Notes: a model not told the origin generated them from the sequence alone. A stretch of DNA of 64,000 nt from Patescibacteria group bacterium (GCA_050943115.1 JBMNON010000002.1:27157-91156), one strand, 5' to 3'; counted from the stretch's first letter, positions 19,208 through 28,734 are shown. Made by a program: numbers and translations.

Positions 19208-20223
19208 TGTTGGTAGGGTTTGTAGGCCAGATTGCCTCCTAATAAGGTTCGGATGTCTTTAATATTGTATTTTGCCATAACCCAACGGTCTAATCCCAGA
19301 CCGAAAGCAAAACCACGCCATTTTTTTGGGTCGATTCCTGCCATAGTCATGACATTGGGATGAATTACTCCGGCACCACCCATTTCTATCCAACCGGCTC
19401 CTTTGCAGATAGCGCAACCAATTCCGTTGCAGTTAAAGCAACTAAGATCCAAGCCCAAACCGGGCTCGACTTCCGGATAGTACTTGCACCGGTAACGGAC
19501 CCGGACATCAGGTCCATAAAGATGCTTAAAAAGGATATTAAAAACACCTATCAGATCTTTTAAGCTAACGTTTTGGTCAACAGCCACGCCTTGGTACTGA
19601 TGGAATATAAAGTGGTTGCTTTTGGTAACTTTTTCATTTCTATAAACCTTTCCCGGAAAAGCGGCTTTAAAAGGAGGTTTTTCTGTTGCCAACAATCTGG
19701 CTTCAATAGATGAAGTTTGGGTACGAAGCAAGATATCTGGTTCACGAATATAGATGCTGTCCTGCATTTCCCGGGCAGGATGGTCTTGGGGAACATTGAG
19801 ACGTTCAAAGCAAAATTCATCAGTTTCAATTTCGGGTCCATCGTAGATTGAGAAACCCAAGGATCTAAATAGATCATTGATGGTTTTTTCGGTGACTGAT
19901 AAAGGGTGAAGATGACCGATCTTAACCGGACTGAAGCCGGTGTGTACTTCGACTGGTTGGATTTTAATGTTTAACTTAAGAGTTTCAGCTTTGACCACTA
20001 CATCTTTTTTTAGCGATTCCTCAATTTTCTTTTTGAGTTGGTTTAGTTGCTGTCCGTATTCTTTTCTGTCTTTGGGGGCAATATTTTTTATGTTAGAGAA
20101 AAGGTCATTTAGAATGCCATTGCGACCCAGGTATTTGATCCTTGTTTCTTCCAAATCTTTGGTGGACTTGGCATTATTGATGTCAGTTTTGGCTTGATCT
20201 AGGATTTGTTCAAAGTTATTCAT
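19204..20223 (-). CDS. pheS: phenylalanine--tRNA ligase alpha subunit
   Basis: Class II aaRS motifs (FRPSYFPFTEPS-like FCFERLNVPQDHPAREMQD, GAGWIEMGGAGVIHP). Start set at MNNFEQ because the longer ORF translates through a terminator hairpin. Confidence 0.85.
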   Translation of the reverse strand: MNNFEQILDQAKTDINNAKSTKDLEETRIKYLGRNGILNDLFSNIKNIAPKDRKEYGQQLNQLKKKIEESLKKDVVVKAETLKLNIKIQPVEVHTGFSPVKIGHLHPLSVTEKTINDLFRSLGFSIYDGPEIETDEFCFERLNVPQDHPAREMQDSIYIREPDILLRTQTSSIEARLLATEKPPFKAAFPGKVYRNEKVTKSNHFIFHQYQGVAVDQNVSLKDLIGVFNILFKHLYGPDVRVRYRCKYYPEVEPGLGLDLSCFNCNGIGCAICKGAGWIEMGGAGVIHPNVMTMAGIDPKKWRGFAFGLGLDRWVMAKYNIKDIRTLLGGNLAYKPYQQ

Positions 20224-20227
20224 TTTT

Positions 20228-20258
20228 ATATAAAAAAGCTCCCGTTTCTGCGGGAGCT
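20228..20258 (-). terminator. intrinsic terminator/attenuator between rplT and pheS
   Basis: On the minus strand: AGCTCCCG-cagaaa-CGGGAGCT followed by UUUUUUAUA. Confidence 0.6.
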
Positions 20259-20332
20259 TTGAAATCATCAACAAGACTCCCCTACTCTATTTCTTAAAAA
20301 AGAAGCAGGCGGAGTATCTGATTTTCATGCAA

Positions 20333-20674
20333 TTATTTTACTGAATTAACAATCGATTTGAAAGTATCAGGATCATTTATAGCGATTTCTGAAAGCATTT
20401 TGCGATTGAGGATAACCTGATTATCCTTCATTTTTTTAATGAAACTGGAGTATTTAACCTCTAAGGGTTTAAGGGCAGCATTAAGCCTGACTATCCAGGT
20501 TTTTCTCATATCGCGCTTTCTGATTCTGCGGCCGTTGTAGGCATACTGGCCAGCATGCATGACGGCTTCATTGGCGACTTTAAATCTTTTGTGGCGGGTC
20601 ATCCAATAACCCTTGGCCATTTTTAAGACTTTTTTGTGGGCGGCCCTTCTGACGGTACCTGTTTTAACTCTCAT
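20333..20674 (-). CDS. rplT: 50S ribosomal protein L20
   Basis: MRVKTGTVRRAAHKKVLKMAKGYW... Confidence 0.9.
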   Translation of the reverse strand: MRVKTGTVRRAAHKKVLKMAKGYWMTRHKRFKVANEAVMHAGQYAYNGRRIRKRDMRKTWIVRLNAALKPLEVKYSSFIKKMKDNQVILNRKMLSEIAINDPDTFKSIVNSVK

Positions 20675-20677
20675 TTT

Positions 20678-20887
20678 TTAAGCTTGACCTAGTAATTTTT
20701 TAACTTTAACTGCAAATTTTCCGGTTACCAGTTGTTTGCCTTTGAGTCGGCGGAGCTGTTTTTTTGATTTCTTTCTTCTAAGGTGCCTGTTGAAGGAAGA
20801 CATTCTCAAAACTTTACCGGTTTTGGTAACTTCAAATCTGTTGCTGACAGATTTTCTAATTTTTAGTCTTTTGCTTGCTTTCTTCAT
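20678..20887 (-). CDS. rpmI: 50S ribosomal protein L35
   Basis: 69-aa basic protein MKKASKRLKIRKS...HLRRKKSKKQLRRLKG. Position between infC and rplT. Confidence 0.85.
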   Translation of the reverse strand: MKKASKRLKIRKSVSNRFEVTKTGKVLRMSSFNRHLRRKKSKKQLRRLKGKQLVTGKFAVKVKKLLGQA

Positions 20888-21434
20888 TTTTCTTTTGACC
20901 TCCCGATTTTTTGACAGGGGTTAGGGTAAAGATTAATCTTTTACCCATTAGCCTGGGTTCACCTTCAGGTGTAGCTTCCTCTGTCAGGTCAGTTTTGAAT
21001 TTTTCAATAAGGTTATAGCCAAATTCTTTTCTGGTAATTTGGCGACCAAGGAATTTTATACTTAATTTTACTTTATTTCCAGTAGATAAAAATTTTTTTG
21101 CCCTTTTTAGCCTGGTTTCGTAATCACTGAGGCCGATAAAAGGAGTCATTTGAATCTCTTTTAGGTCTCCGCCTTTTGCTCCTTTCTTTTCGGCTTTCAT
21201 TTTTTTGGCTTCCTGATATTTAAATTTTGAGAAATCGATAAGTTTGACAACCGGAGGAACCGCTTTTGGGGCTATTTCCACTAAGTCAAGACCGGTTTCC
21301 TGAGCTTGGTTTTTGGCTTCATAAAGAGACATGACTCCAATTTGTTTGCTATCCTCGTCAATAAGACGTACATTTGGTGCAGTAATCTGGTTGTTAACCC
21401 GGTTTCTAATTTTTCTGTAATCTATTTTTGCCAA
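20856..21434 (-). CDS. infC: translation initiation factor IF-3
   Basis: KIRNRVNNQITAPNVRLIDEDSKQIGVMSLYEAKNQAQETGLDLVEI... Confidence 0.85.
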   Translation of the reverse strand: MAKIDYRKIRNRVNNQITAPNVRLIDEDSKQIGVMSLYEAKNQAQETGLDLVEIAPKAVPPVVKLIDFSKFKYQEAKKMKAEKKGAKGGDLKEIQMTPFIGLSDYETRLKRAKKFLSTGNKVKLSIKFLGRQITRKEFGYNLIEKFKTDLTEEATPEGEPRLMGKRLIFTLTPVKKSGGQKKNEESKQKTKN

Positions 21435-21464
21435 TTTATTTATTAAATTTTAATGAATAGTTCC

Positions 21465-23270
21465 CTATTTTATCAGGTTTAAGCTTCTGTTGGTAACCTG
21501 AGCTTTTATTTTGTCTATAAAATCGACAAGCGGCATTACACCTAAATCTTGGCCATCTCTTTGGCGGACTGAGACTGCCATGTTGTCTGATTGGGCTTCC
21601 CTTTTGCCAATGATTATCATGTAGGGCACTTTTTCGGTAGTGGCGTTACGAATTTTGTTTTGCATTGTTTCTGATCGGCTATCAATTTCAGACCGGAGAT
21701 CGTTGCCATCAAGTTCTGACTTGATTTTTTGGGCATACCCAATTTGATCGTCAGTAATCGGAATAATCTCAACTTGGTTTGGAGACAGCCAGAGCGGAAA
21801 GGCACCAGAATATTCTTCTATAAGGGTGGCGACAAAGCGTTCCATAGAACCAAGAAGGGTGCGATGGAGCATGATTGGGGTATGTTCCTGTCCGTCGACT
21901 CCCGTGTATTTCATGTCGAAACGGGCGGGTTCATTCATATCCAATTGGATAGTAGTCCCTTGCCACTCACGTCCCATAGCGTCGACTGCTTTTAAGTCGA
22001 TGGCTGGACCGTAAAATTTGGCACCTCCGATATCCTTTTTGTAATCAATTTTCCGTTTTTGGAGGATTTCTTCCAGGGTAGTCTCAGCTAATTTCCAGAC
22101 GCGTTCTTCGCCGATATACTTGTTTTTATTGTCCGGATCACGGATAGAGAGATAGACATTTAACTTGTTAAAACCAAACGTTTTATTAATATCCAGAGCA
22201 AAATCAAGAATTTGGTTTACTTCATAAATAAACTGGTCTTCACGACAAATTATATGGGCATCGTCCTGGGTAAAGCCCCTGACGCGAAGCATACCATGAA
22301 GCACGCCTGACTCTTCGTATCGGTAGACAGATCCAAGCTCACACCAGCGAATTGGCAGTTCACGATAACTTCTTGGGCGAGATTTATAAATACGTATATG
22401 AAAAGGACAACTCATCGGTTTGACATAGTAAGCAGCGGTATCTTCTTCATCTTTTGAAGCCATCGCCATAGGAGGAAAGAGACCCTCTTTAAAGGTTTGA
22501 AGATGGCCGGATGTTTCCCACAGGTTGGATTGGCCGATGTGTGGTGTGTAGATGTATTGGTAGCCGCGCTTACGATGTTCTTGCCTCCAAAAAAGCTCGA
22601 TTTGTTCACGAACAAAGGAAAGCTTTGGGTGCCAGAGAATCAATCCCGGACCGACAGACTCGTCGATACTAAATAAGTCTAATTCTTTACCGATTTTACG
22701 GTGATCACGTTTTTTGGCTTCTTCCAAATTTTCCAAATGTTGTCGTAAGTCGTCATTTGTTTTAAAGGCGGCACCGTAGATACGAGTAAGCATTTTATTC
22801 TTTTCACTCCCATGCCAGTAAGCTCCGGCTACAGAAAGTAGTTTAAAAGCACCTATTTCTCCGGTAGCTTCAACATGAGGACCGGCGCAAAGATCAACAA
22901 ATTCATCCCCTGTTGTATAAATAGTGACCTTTTCCTGCCTTTTCTCAATTTGGTCCAACCATTCTTGTTTGTAGGGGTTGCCAGGGAAAAGCTTTCTAGC
23001 TTCGTCAACCGTTATTTCCCGGCAAGTTATGGGGAGATTTGCGTCAATGATTTTTTGCATTTCTGCTTCAATGACGGGAAAGTTATCCTCGTTAATTTTT
23101 AGATCAATTAAGGGTTCAAAATCAAAGTAAAAACCTTCATCGGTTGCCGGACCCATGGCCATGAAAAATTGGTTTGGGAAAAGACGCTGCATAGCGTGGG
23201 TGAGTACGTGTTCGGCTGAATGACGGATTTTTTCTAACTCTTGTTGATTATTTGAATTATTTAGTGACAT
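21465..23270 (-). CDS. thrS: threonine--tRNA ligase
   Basis: HSAEHVLTHAMQRLF, class II motifs and a C-terminal anticodon-binding domain. Start taken at MSLNNSN. Confidence 0.85.
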   Translation of the reverse strand: MSLNNSNNQQELEKIRHSAEHVLTHAMQRLFPNQFFMAMGPATDEGFYFDFEPLIDLKINEDNFPVIEAEMQKIIDANLPITCREITVDEARKLFPGNPYKQEWLDQIEKRQEKVTIYTTGDEFVDLCAGPHVEATGEIGAFKLLSVAGAYWHGSEKNKMLTRIYGAAFKTNDDLRQHLENLEEAKKRDHRKIGKELDLFSIDESVGPGLILWHPKLSFVREQIELFWRQEHRKRGYQYIYTPHIGQSNLWETSGHLQTFKEGLFPPMAMASKDEEDTAAYYVKPMSCPFHIRIYKSRPRSYRELPIRWCELGSVYRYEESGVLHGMLRVRGFTQDDAHIICREDQFIYEVNQILDFALDINKTFGFNKLNVYLSIRDPDNKNKYIGEERVWKLAETTLEEILQKRKIDYKKDIGGAKFYGPAIDLKAVDAMGREWQGTTIQLDMNEPARFDMKYTGVDGQEHTPIMLHRTLLGSMERFVATLIEEYSGAFPLWLSPNQVEIIPITDDQIGYAQKIKSELDGNDLRSEIDSRSETMQNKIRNATTEKVPYMIIIGKREAQSDNMAVSVRQRDGQDLGVMPLVDFIDKIKAQVTNRSLNLIK

Positions 23271-23392
23271 TTTTATTTTAATAGTATAGGAATATTCTAA
23301 CAAAAAAGGGAAACATTGAGCCCATTAAGGCGAGAATTATGCCCTAGTGGGCACTATAGTCAAAGTTGTGTTGTTAGTTCTCATAAAAAGGG

Positions 23393-23466
23393 TGAGTCTG
23401 AGAGGACTCGGACCTCTGACCTCATCGATGTCAACGATGCGCTCTAACCAACTGAGCTACAGACTC
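23393..23466 (-). tRNA. tRNA-Val (anticodon GAC)
   Basis: Cloverleaf GAGTCTG/CAGACTC acceptor, anticodon loop TTGACAT. T-loop reads TCCGAGT (C at position 55), as I read it. Confidence 0.75.
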
Positions 23467-23517
23467 TTTTTGAATGAAAGTAGTATAGCGAAAGATTTGA
23501 GGAAATTCAAAAGAAAA

Positions 23518-24108
23518 TTAAGCAGCGGATCTGGAAGCTGAGTGCTCACCGCTAAAAAGGTACTGTTCTCCCCCACCCTGCTTCTTCTTGACGTTACTCC
23601 AAAAGGCGTTTCTTTTTCGTTTTTTGGTCTGGAAAAGCTGAAGCCAATTGGTGCTTTCGGAAATGTTCTTCCTGAAGTTTACAATAAGCATTTTTAGTCT
23701 CTGTAAAAAATTTAATTCGTATTGGCTATAGTTTTCTACTTCTGAACTGAGAACGGTTTTTTCAATTTCATTATTCAAGCTTTCAGTGGTCTGTGAGAGC
23801 CGTCTTATTTCTGTTCTGATTTCTTCGATTTCCTTTTGAATTTCCTGGTCATGGCTTTTTATGAAAGTTTGATGTTCTTGTTCTAAATGATTGGCAAGAA
23901 AATTCTTGGTCCAGTCCGAATTTTCAGATTTTTGGTTTATTTCGATAGTTTGTCCCAAGCCGAGTATGCCGCTTAACTTACTTTTGGAGGGCAGTTGACT
24001 TTCCGGTTGTTTTGAGTCGCCATGGCTTTTTAGGAATTCACTGGTGAATCCGTTATTTTTATACTTGTAGTTCTTTGGGTCCTGTTTAGGCCCGATACCA
24101 CCTGCCAT
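23518..24108 (-). CDS. hypothetical coiled-coil protein
   Basis: 196-aa ORF, charged coiled-coil-like middle region. No motifs I recognise. Confidence 0.4.
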   Translation of the reverse strand: MAGGIGPKQDPKNYKYKNNGFTSEFLKSHGDSKQPESQLPSKSKLSGILGLGQTIEINQKSENSDWTKNFLANHLEQEHQTFIKSHDQEIQKEIEEIRTEIRRLSQTTESLNNEIEKTVLSSEVENYSQYELNFLQRLKMLIVNFRKNISESTNWLQLFQTKKRKRNAFWSNVKKKQGGGEQYLFSGEHSASRSAA

Positions 24109-24166
24109 GTGGACAATTATAGCACATGACGGGCAAAATTTTGTAAAAAATTAGCTTAAAATGTTC

Positions 24167-24988
24167 TTATTTAAGGCCAAGTAGGTATTCAAAAACTTTT
24201 TCCTGGATTAAGATGTAGTACATAAGGTTGACATTTTGGGATAATTGAGGGTTTTTCTCCAGGTATTTTTGGGCTTCTTCGGGTTTTATCTCAATTTTTT
24301 GATCCTTGGCGATACGATCAACAGATAGGTTAATTTTCCATTCTTCCAATGACTGTTTTTTTAGTTCTTCTTTGTATTGATCTAAAGTTTGACCTTTATT
24401 TTGAAGATACTGATTGACTGTCAACTTGGCCTGGTTTAGCTGGTCAATTAATTGCGACATTTTTCTTTCAATTTCAGCTTCCATTAACATTGGCGACATT
24501 TCTACCGTTGAGGAATTGACTATAATTTCCAGAATTTTGTTAAGCTTGCTCTCTCTTTTTTGTGACTCGGCCTCTTTTGATTTGTTGAATTTTTTAATTT
24601 CTGTTTGATATTTTTCGTCTAACTTTATGGATGGAAGTTCGCTACTAATTAATTCCACCTCCCAGTCCTTATTAAAAGTCAGTGGGGGGTTGTTTATTTT
24701 TATTTGAGGTTGAATAATTGGTTTTAGGTTATTCTCTTTAATGACATCTTCATAGGCATGACCAACGAGGTGGGATAATATTTCGCTAACAATTTTCTCC
24801 TGAGAGATATCTTTTTCAATGATATCCATGGGAACTTTTCCTTCACGAAAACCTTTGCTTTTGTAGTTGGATTGGAGTGACTTCAGGATATTTTGATATT
24901 CGTCACTAATGTCTTTTTGGGCTAATGTTATTTTTAATGTGAAGGAGTTATCCTCGTGTTTTTGGAGATTATTTTGATTTGTTTTCAT
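24167..24988 (-). CDS. tig: trigger factor (reduced form, ~274 aa)
   Basis: N-terminal ribosome-binding signature GFREGKVPMDIIEKD (compare GFRKGKVPM in TF). Too short to contain a PPIase domain. Confidence 0.65.
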   Translation of the reverse strand: MKTNQNNLQKHEDNSFTLKITLAQKDISDEYQNILKSLQSNYKSKGFREGKVPMDIIEKDISQEKIVSEILSHLVGHAYEDVIKENNLKPIIQPQIKINNPPLTFNKDWEVELISSELPSIKLDEKYQTEIKKFNKSKEAESQKRESKLNKILEIIVNSSTVEMSPMLMEAEIERKMSQLIDQLNQAKLTVNQYLQNKGQTLDQYKEELKKQSLEEWKINLSVDRIAKDQKIEIKPEEAQKYLEKNPQLSQNVNLMYYILIQEKVFEYLLGLK

Positions 24989-25014
24989 AAGTAGGGTTAT
25001 GATAACATGAAGCA

Positions 25015-25623
25015 ATGCAAAGAGCTATCTGGCTTGCCGGCAGAACTTTTCTATTGGCATTTTTTGGTGTGATGGCAATTATGTTTTTGCTGTGGGAGAT
25101 GATGATTTATTTGCCCAAGCAAGGAGAGAGAGGGGTTTTTAAGATGGGCAATTCAGAGCAAGTAGTTTTGGGTGAAACAAGCGAGAATACAGAAACGGTA
25201 AAGGAGCAACAAGAAACAGTAATTGCCAACGACGCCCGTCCGGAAATAATTAGAAGGTATCTGGAGAAGTACAAGTCTCCCCTAACACCTTATTCCGAGT
25301 TAATATTTCAGTTATCACAAGATTATGGGTTTGAATATTATTGGATTATTGCCATTGCCCAACAGGAGTCTAATTTGTGCAAAAAGATCCCTGAAGGGTC
25401 ACACAATTGTTGGGGTTATGGGATACATAGTAAGGGTACCTTAAAATTTGATAATTACGATTTAGCTCTAAGAAGTTTTGCGGAGTATCTAAAAAGACAA
25501 TATTTTGATAAAGGATTGAATACTCCCGAATTAATCATGAAAAAATATTGTCCTCATTCAAACGGTTCTTGGGCTTTTGGTGTTCAGCAGTTTATAGACG
25601 AAATGGAATCGGGCAAGCTTTAA
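25015..25623 (+). CDS. membrane-anchored hypothetical protein, possible SLT/muramidase-like domain
   Basis: N-terminal TM. Segment YWIIAIAQQESNLCKK resembles the lytic transglycosylase ES motif (weak). Confidence 0.35.
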   Translation: MQRAIWLAGRTFLLAFFGVMAIMFLLWEMMIYLPKQGERGVFKMGNSEQVVLGETSENTETVKEQQETVIANDARPEIIRRYLEKYKSPLTPYSELIFQLSQDYGFEYYWIIAIAQQESNLCKKIPEGSHNCWGYGIHSKGTLKFDNYDLALRSFAEYLKRQYFDKGLNTPELIMKKYCPHSNGSWAFGVQQFIDEMESGKL

Positions 25624-25641
25624 TACACATCTATTTAGTAT

Positions 25642-25670
25642 TTGACATACTTATAATATTTTGATATATT
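25642..25670 (+). promoter_or_regulatory. candidate promoter upstream of efp (TTGACA-17-TATATT)
   Basis: TTGACA at 25642-25647 and TATATT at 25665-25670. Confidence 0.35.
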
Positions 25671-25678
25671 ACTGGCAG

Positions 25679-25723
25679 ATCCCGGGGTGGCTCCTCTAAA
25701 AAGCATGCTCTGGGATTTTTTTT
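25679..25723 (+). promoter_or_regulatory. hairpin plus U8 tract in the efp leader (terminator/attenuator-like)
   Basis: AUCCCGGGG...CUCUGGGAU, a 9-bp stem with two G-U pairs and a 20-nt loop, followed by TTTTTTTT. Ends 24 nt before the efp ATG. Confidence 0.35.
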
Positions 25724-25747
25724 GTCTTTAGTGTTAGAATAACTGTC

Positions 25748-26311
25748 ATGGCACAAATATCAACCGCTCAGTTTAAAAAAGGTATCTATATAATGTTCCA
25801 TGATGAACCCCATATGATAACCGATATTAATTTTGTATCTCCAGGGAAGGGCTCGGCGTTTTATAGGACTAAATTGAAATCACTGCATACCGGAAGAGTC
25901 GTAGAATTTACATACAAGTCCGGTGAGAAGGTTGAGGAAGTTATGGTTGAAACCCACGAAGCAGCTTATTCGTATTATGATGGTTCGGGGTATGTATTTA
26001 TTGAACCAAGAACTTTTGAACAGTATACTGTGCCCCAAGATGTCATGGGAGAGGATAAAGTCTATCTAAAAGAAGGTGTTCTTTATAGAATTAAGTTTTA
26101 TGAGGAAAAACCGGTAGGAGTTACTTTGCCAAAAAGCATAACGGCCAGGGTAACTGAAACTGAGAATTCAGTAAAAGGTGATACGGCCACTTCGGCGATG
26201 AAAACTGCCATTGTCGATACCGGGGCTAAAGTATCTGTGCCCCTCTTTGTCAAGGTTGGTGATGAAATTTCCATTAGTACCGAAACGGGTGCATATCTTT
26301 CGAGAAAGTAG
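25748..26311 (+). CDS. efp: elongation factor P
   Basis: KGSAFYRTKLKSLHTGRVVEFTYKSGEKVE matches the EF-P KOW/OB pattern. 187 aa. Confidence 0.85.
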   Translation: MAQISTAQFKKGIYIMFHDEPHMITDINFVSPGKGSAFYRTKLKSLHTGRVVEFTYKSGEKVEEVMVETHEAAYSYYDGSGYVFIEPRTFEQYTVPQDVMGEDKVYLKEGVLYRIKFYEEKPVGVTLPKSITARVTETENSVKGDTATSAMKTAIVDTGAKVSVPLFVKVGDEISISTETGAYLSRK

Positions 26312-26704
26312 TCAGTATTTTAATTCTTTGTTTATTTGCGGGGGCATTAATTTTTCAAAATAGTTCATGGTGGTATCAATTTTATTTAAGGATTCCATGT
26401 ATTGATTGGGAATGGAACTTTGAGTAGGTGTTGGAGAGACGGTGGAGATTGTGGGAGTAAGCTCAGTTTTGCTGTTATTGTCCTGAGGATTGTGGTTACT
26501 TGTCAATCTGATAATCACTGCAACCAAAGAAAGGACGATAATTATTAAGACCAGTATGGTTAATATTAGGATTTTGGGTTCATTGAGGTATCTTCTAATT
26601 TTATTCTCAGAAATATTGTCGTTGTTTTCCCGTTTTTCCTCAACGGAAAGTGGGTTTTCCAGCGGTTGGTCAATATTTTGATATAACAGATCTTCTTTTT
26701 TCAT
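26312..26704 (-). CDS. hypothetical single-pass membrane protein
   Basis: Central TM (ILILTILVLIIIVLSLVAVII). Ser/Thr/Pro-rich C-terminus. Confidence 0.4.
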   Translation of the reverse strand: MKKEDLLYQNIDQPLENPLSVEEKRENNDNISENKIRRYLNEPKILILTILVLIIIVLSLVAVIIRLTSNHNPQDNNSKTELTPTISTVSPTPTQSSIPNQYMESLNKIDTTMNYFEKLMPPQINKELKY

Positions 26705-27469
26705 TTAATTTTGGATAATTGATTTTAAATTAGATATGGCGTCAAGAATTTGTTGATTAATTGCGTCAAGGTCATTCAGTGATGACGAGGGGTTTTTGGT
26801 GGGTTTTCCTGCTTCTGGGTTGTATGTGGTTTTGGAAATAGATTCCTGTCTATAATCTTCCAGCTTTAAAGAGATAGCTTTGAGGATGTGGTTGGTATTG
26901 TCATCGTTTTGGGGGTCTTTGGAAATTTCGTCTGATAATTTTAGGGCGTGATCAATTAGTGAGAGGTTGTAGTTAATATTGTCTTCGACTAAGGCCGTGT
27001 TGATATTTTTCTTAATATCGTCCAATTTGTCTTCAAATTGCTTGTGGGTGTCTTGAAGTTTCGAATTGTCGGTAATGTCAATATCTTGTACTTTTTGGTT
27101 TTCCTGTTGAAGTAAGTTTTCCTTTTGAGCGAGTATTCCCTGGATAATTTTAGTATTTTGGGGATTGTATTGTTGGTTAATTGATAGCTTTACCCTGAGT
27201 GTCCGGCAATAGGTATCAAGAGCATTATTCCTGGCTATATAGGATTTTATGAAAGCTTCATTTTTTTCTTTGCTGGTTGTTATAGATTTGTATTTTGAGT
27301 CTATTTGTTTTTTTTGTTCGAATTGTGAAAGTGATGTCTGGTAATTGTTGTATTGGTAATAATAGTCGTTTTTATATTTTTGGTAGAGTGTCCAAGGGGC
27401 GGTATCGGTTGAGGTTTGGGCAAATATCGGTTGCGTTAATAGAAGTATTAATAAATGAAACAAGCCCAT
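26705..27469 (-). CDS. hypothetical secreted Q/N-rich protein
   Basis: Signal peptide MGLFHLLILLLTQPIFA. The longer ORF's N-terminus is antisense to tRNA-Leu. Confidence 0.4.
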   Translation of the reverse strand: MGLFHLLILLLTQPIFAQTSTDTAPWTLYQKYKNDYYYQYNNYQTSLSQFEQKKQIDSKYKSITTSKEKNEAFIKSYIARNNALDTYCRTLRVKLSINQQYNPQNTKIIQGILAQKENLLQQENQKVQDIDITDNSKLQDTHKQFEDKLDDIKKNINTALVEDNINYNLSLIDHALKLSDEISKDPQNDDNTNHILKAISLKLEDYRQESISKTTYNPEAGKPTKNPSSSLNDLDAINQQILDAISNLKSIIQN

Positions 27470-27489
27470 GTATTTAGTGTAACAAAAAT

Positions 27490-27575
27490 TGGTGCCGCAG
27501 AGAGGATTTGAACCTCCACGGATTGCTCCACACGGTCCTAAGCCGTGCTTGTCTACCAGTTCCAACACTGCGGCA
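27490..27575 (-). tRNA. tRNA-Leu (anticodon TAG)
   Basis: GCCGCAG acceptor, anticodon stem CACGG/CCGTG with loop CTTAGGA, long variable arm, CCA encoded. Confidence 0.8.
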
Positions 27576-27654
27576 AGGTTTTCATATTATACTAGAATTT
27601 AGGATATTTTTGAAAAATCAGGCCAAAAGACATATACTTTTAAGATAAAGGTAT

Positions 27655-28650
27655 ATGTACGAGAAGGAAAAATGGTTTAGCGAATATTTTAGGAAAAATA
27701 AGATTATCGGAGCAATTATATTTTTGTTGGTGCTGTATTTATCTTATCTTTTGAGAGAAGTTTTTCTTATACTCTTTTTGGCTTATTTAATATCGACTGC
27801 AATTTCACCGGTCATCAACCTTTCTCAAAAAGCCGGTTTATCCCGAACCTTGGCGACCTTGCTATTTATTATCATGCTTCTGACTATTATTTTGCTATTG
27901 ATTATTCCTGTAATTTCGTTAATTACTGATCAAATTTCTACCCTCTTGGCAAATCTTCCGGAATTTATTGAAAGAATCAATGATAATTTGCCAGTGCGGG
28001 TAATCCCAGAAAATTTGTTTAGAAGTGCTTTGGGCAATTTGGAAAATATTAGCGGCGGCATATTCCAAGTAACAGGAACTTTTTTGGAGTTTGTGTTTAA
28101 TCTTTTATTTTTATCTTTTACAACATTTTATATAAGCTCGGACAAGAAGAGAATAAAAAAGATACTGTTTTGGGGACTGAACCAGGATCAAAAGAAAAGA
28201 GCTAATAAAATTGAGGCAAAAGTGGAAGAGAACCTGGGGGCTTGGTTGAGAGGACAACTTATAGTTTCATTGGCGGTGGGATTTTTTACTTGGTTAACAT
28301 ATATCATTATCGGTTTACCTTTCGCATTTGCCCTAGCGATTTTGGCAGCAATTTTGGAAATAATTCCAAATTTGGGGCCGTTATTGGCTTAAACACCCGC
28401 ATTGATTATTGCACTGACAATATCTCCATTGATGTTTGTGTATACTTTGGCAGCATATTTATTGATACAAACATTAGAAGGATACTTGCTAGTACCTAAG
28501 GTAATGGAGAAAGTTGTGGGTTTTCATCCCCTTGTCGTGGTTATCTTAATAGTACTGGGATCCACATTAATCGGGGTGTGGGGGGCTCTTTTGGCAGTAC
28601 CCGTAGGTGTTGTGATTAAAACGTTTTGGACTGAACAAAAAGACTATTAA
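27655..28650 (+). pseudogene. AI-2E family transporter (PerM/UPF0118) interrupted by one in-frame TAA at 28390-28392
   Basis: ORFs 27655-28392 and 28402-28650 are in the same frame. Together they give a complete AI-2E architecture (...IPNLGPLLA * TPALIIALTISP...GALLAVPVGVVIKT). Confidence 0.55.
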
Positions 28651-28651
28651 G

Positions 28652-28724
28652 TGGGTTGCGTGGGACTCGAACCCACGACCGATCGCTTAAGAGGCGATTG
28701 CTCTACCAACTGAGCTAGCAACCC
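28652..28724 (-). tRNA. tRNA-Lys (anticodon CTT)
   Basis: GGGTTGC acceptor, anticodon loop CTCTTAA. Confidence 0.8.
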
Positions 28725-28734
28725 TTGTGTGGAG

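Noticed and set aside
19204-20274. Longer N-terminal versions of pheS (MLMISKLPQKRELF...), of the HolA-like gene (MTPGGFEPP...) and of the 26705 ORF ([12 protein letters not shown]...)
   Set aside because: The extensions translate through a terminator hairpin or through antisense tRNA-Glu or tRNA-Leu sequence. Internal ATG starts were used instead.
25015-25623. Confident call of a lytic transglycosylase at 25015-25623
   Set aside because: Only a short AIAQQES stretch resembles the SLT motif. It is kept as a low-confidence annotation, not a finding.
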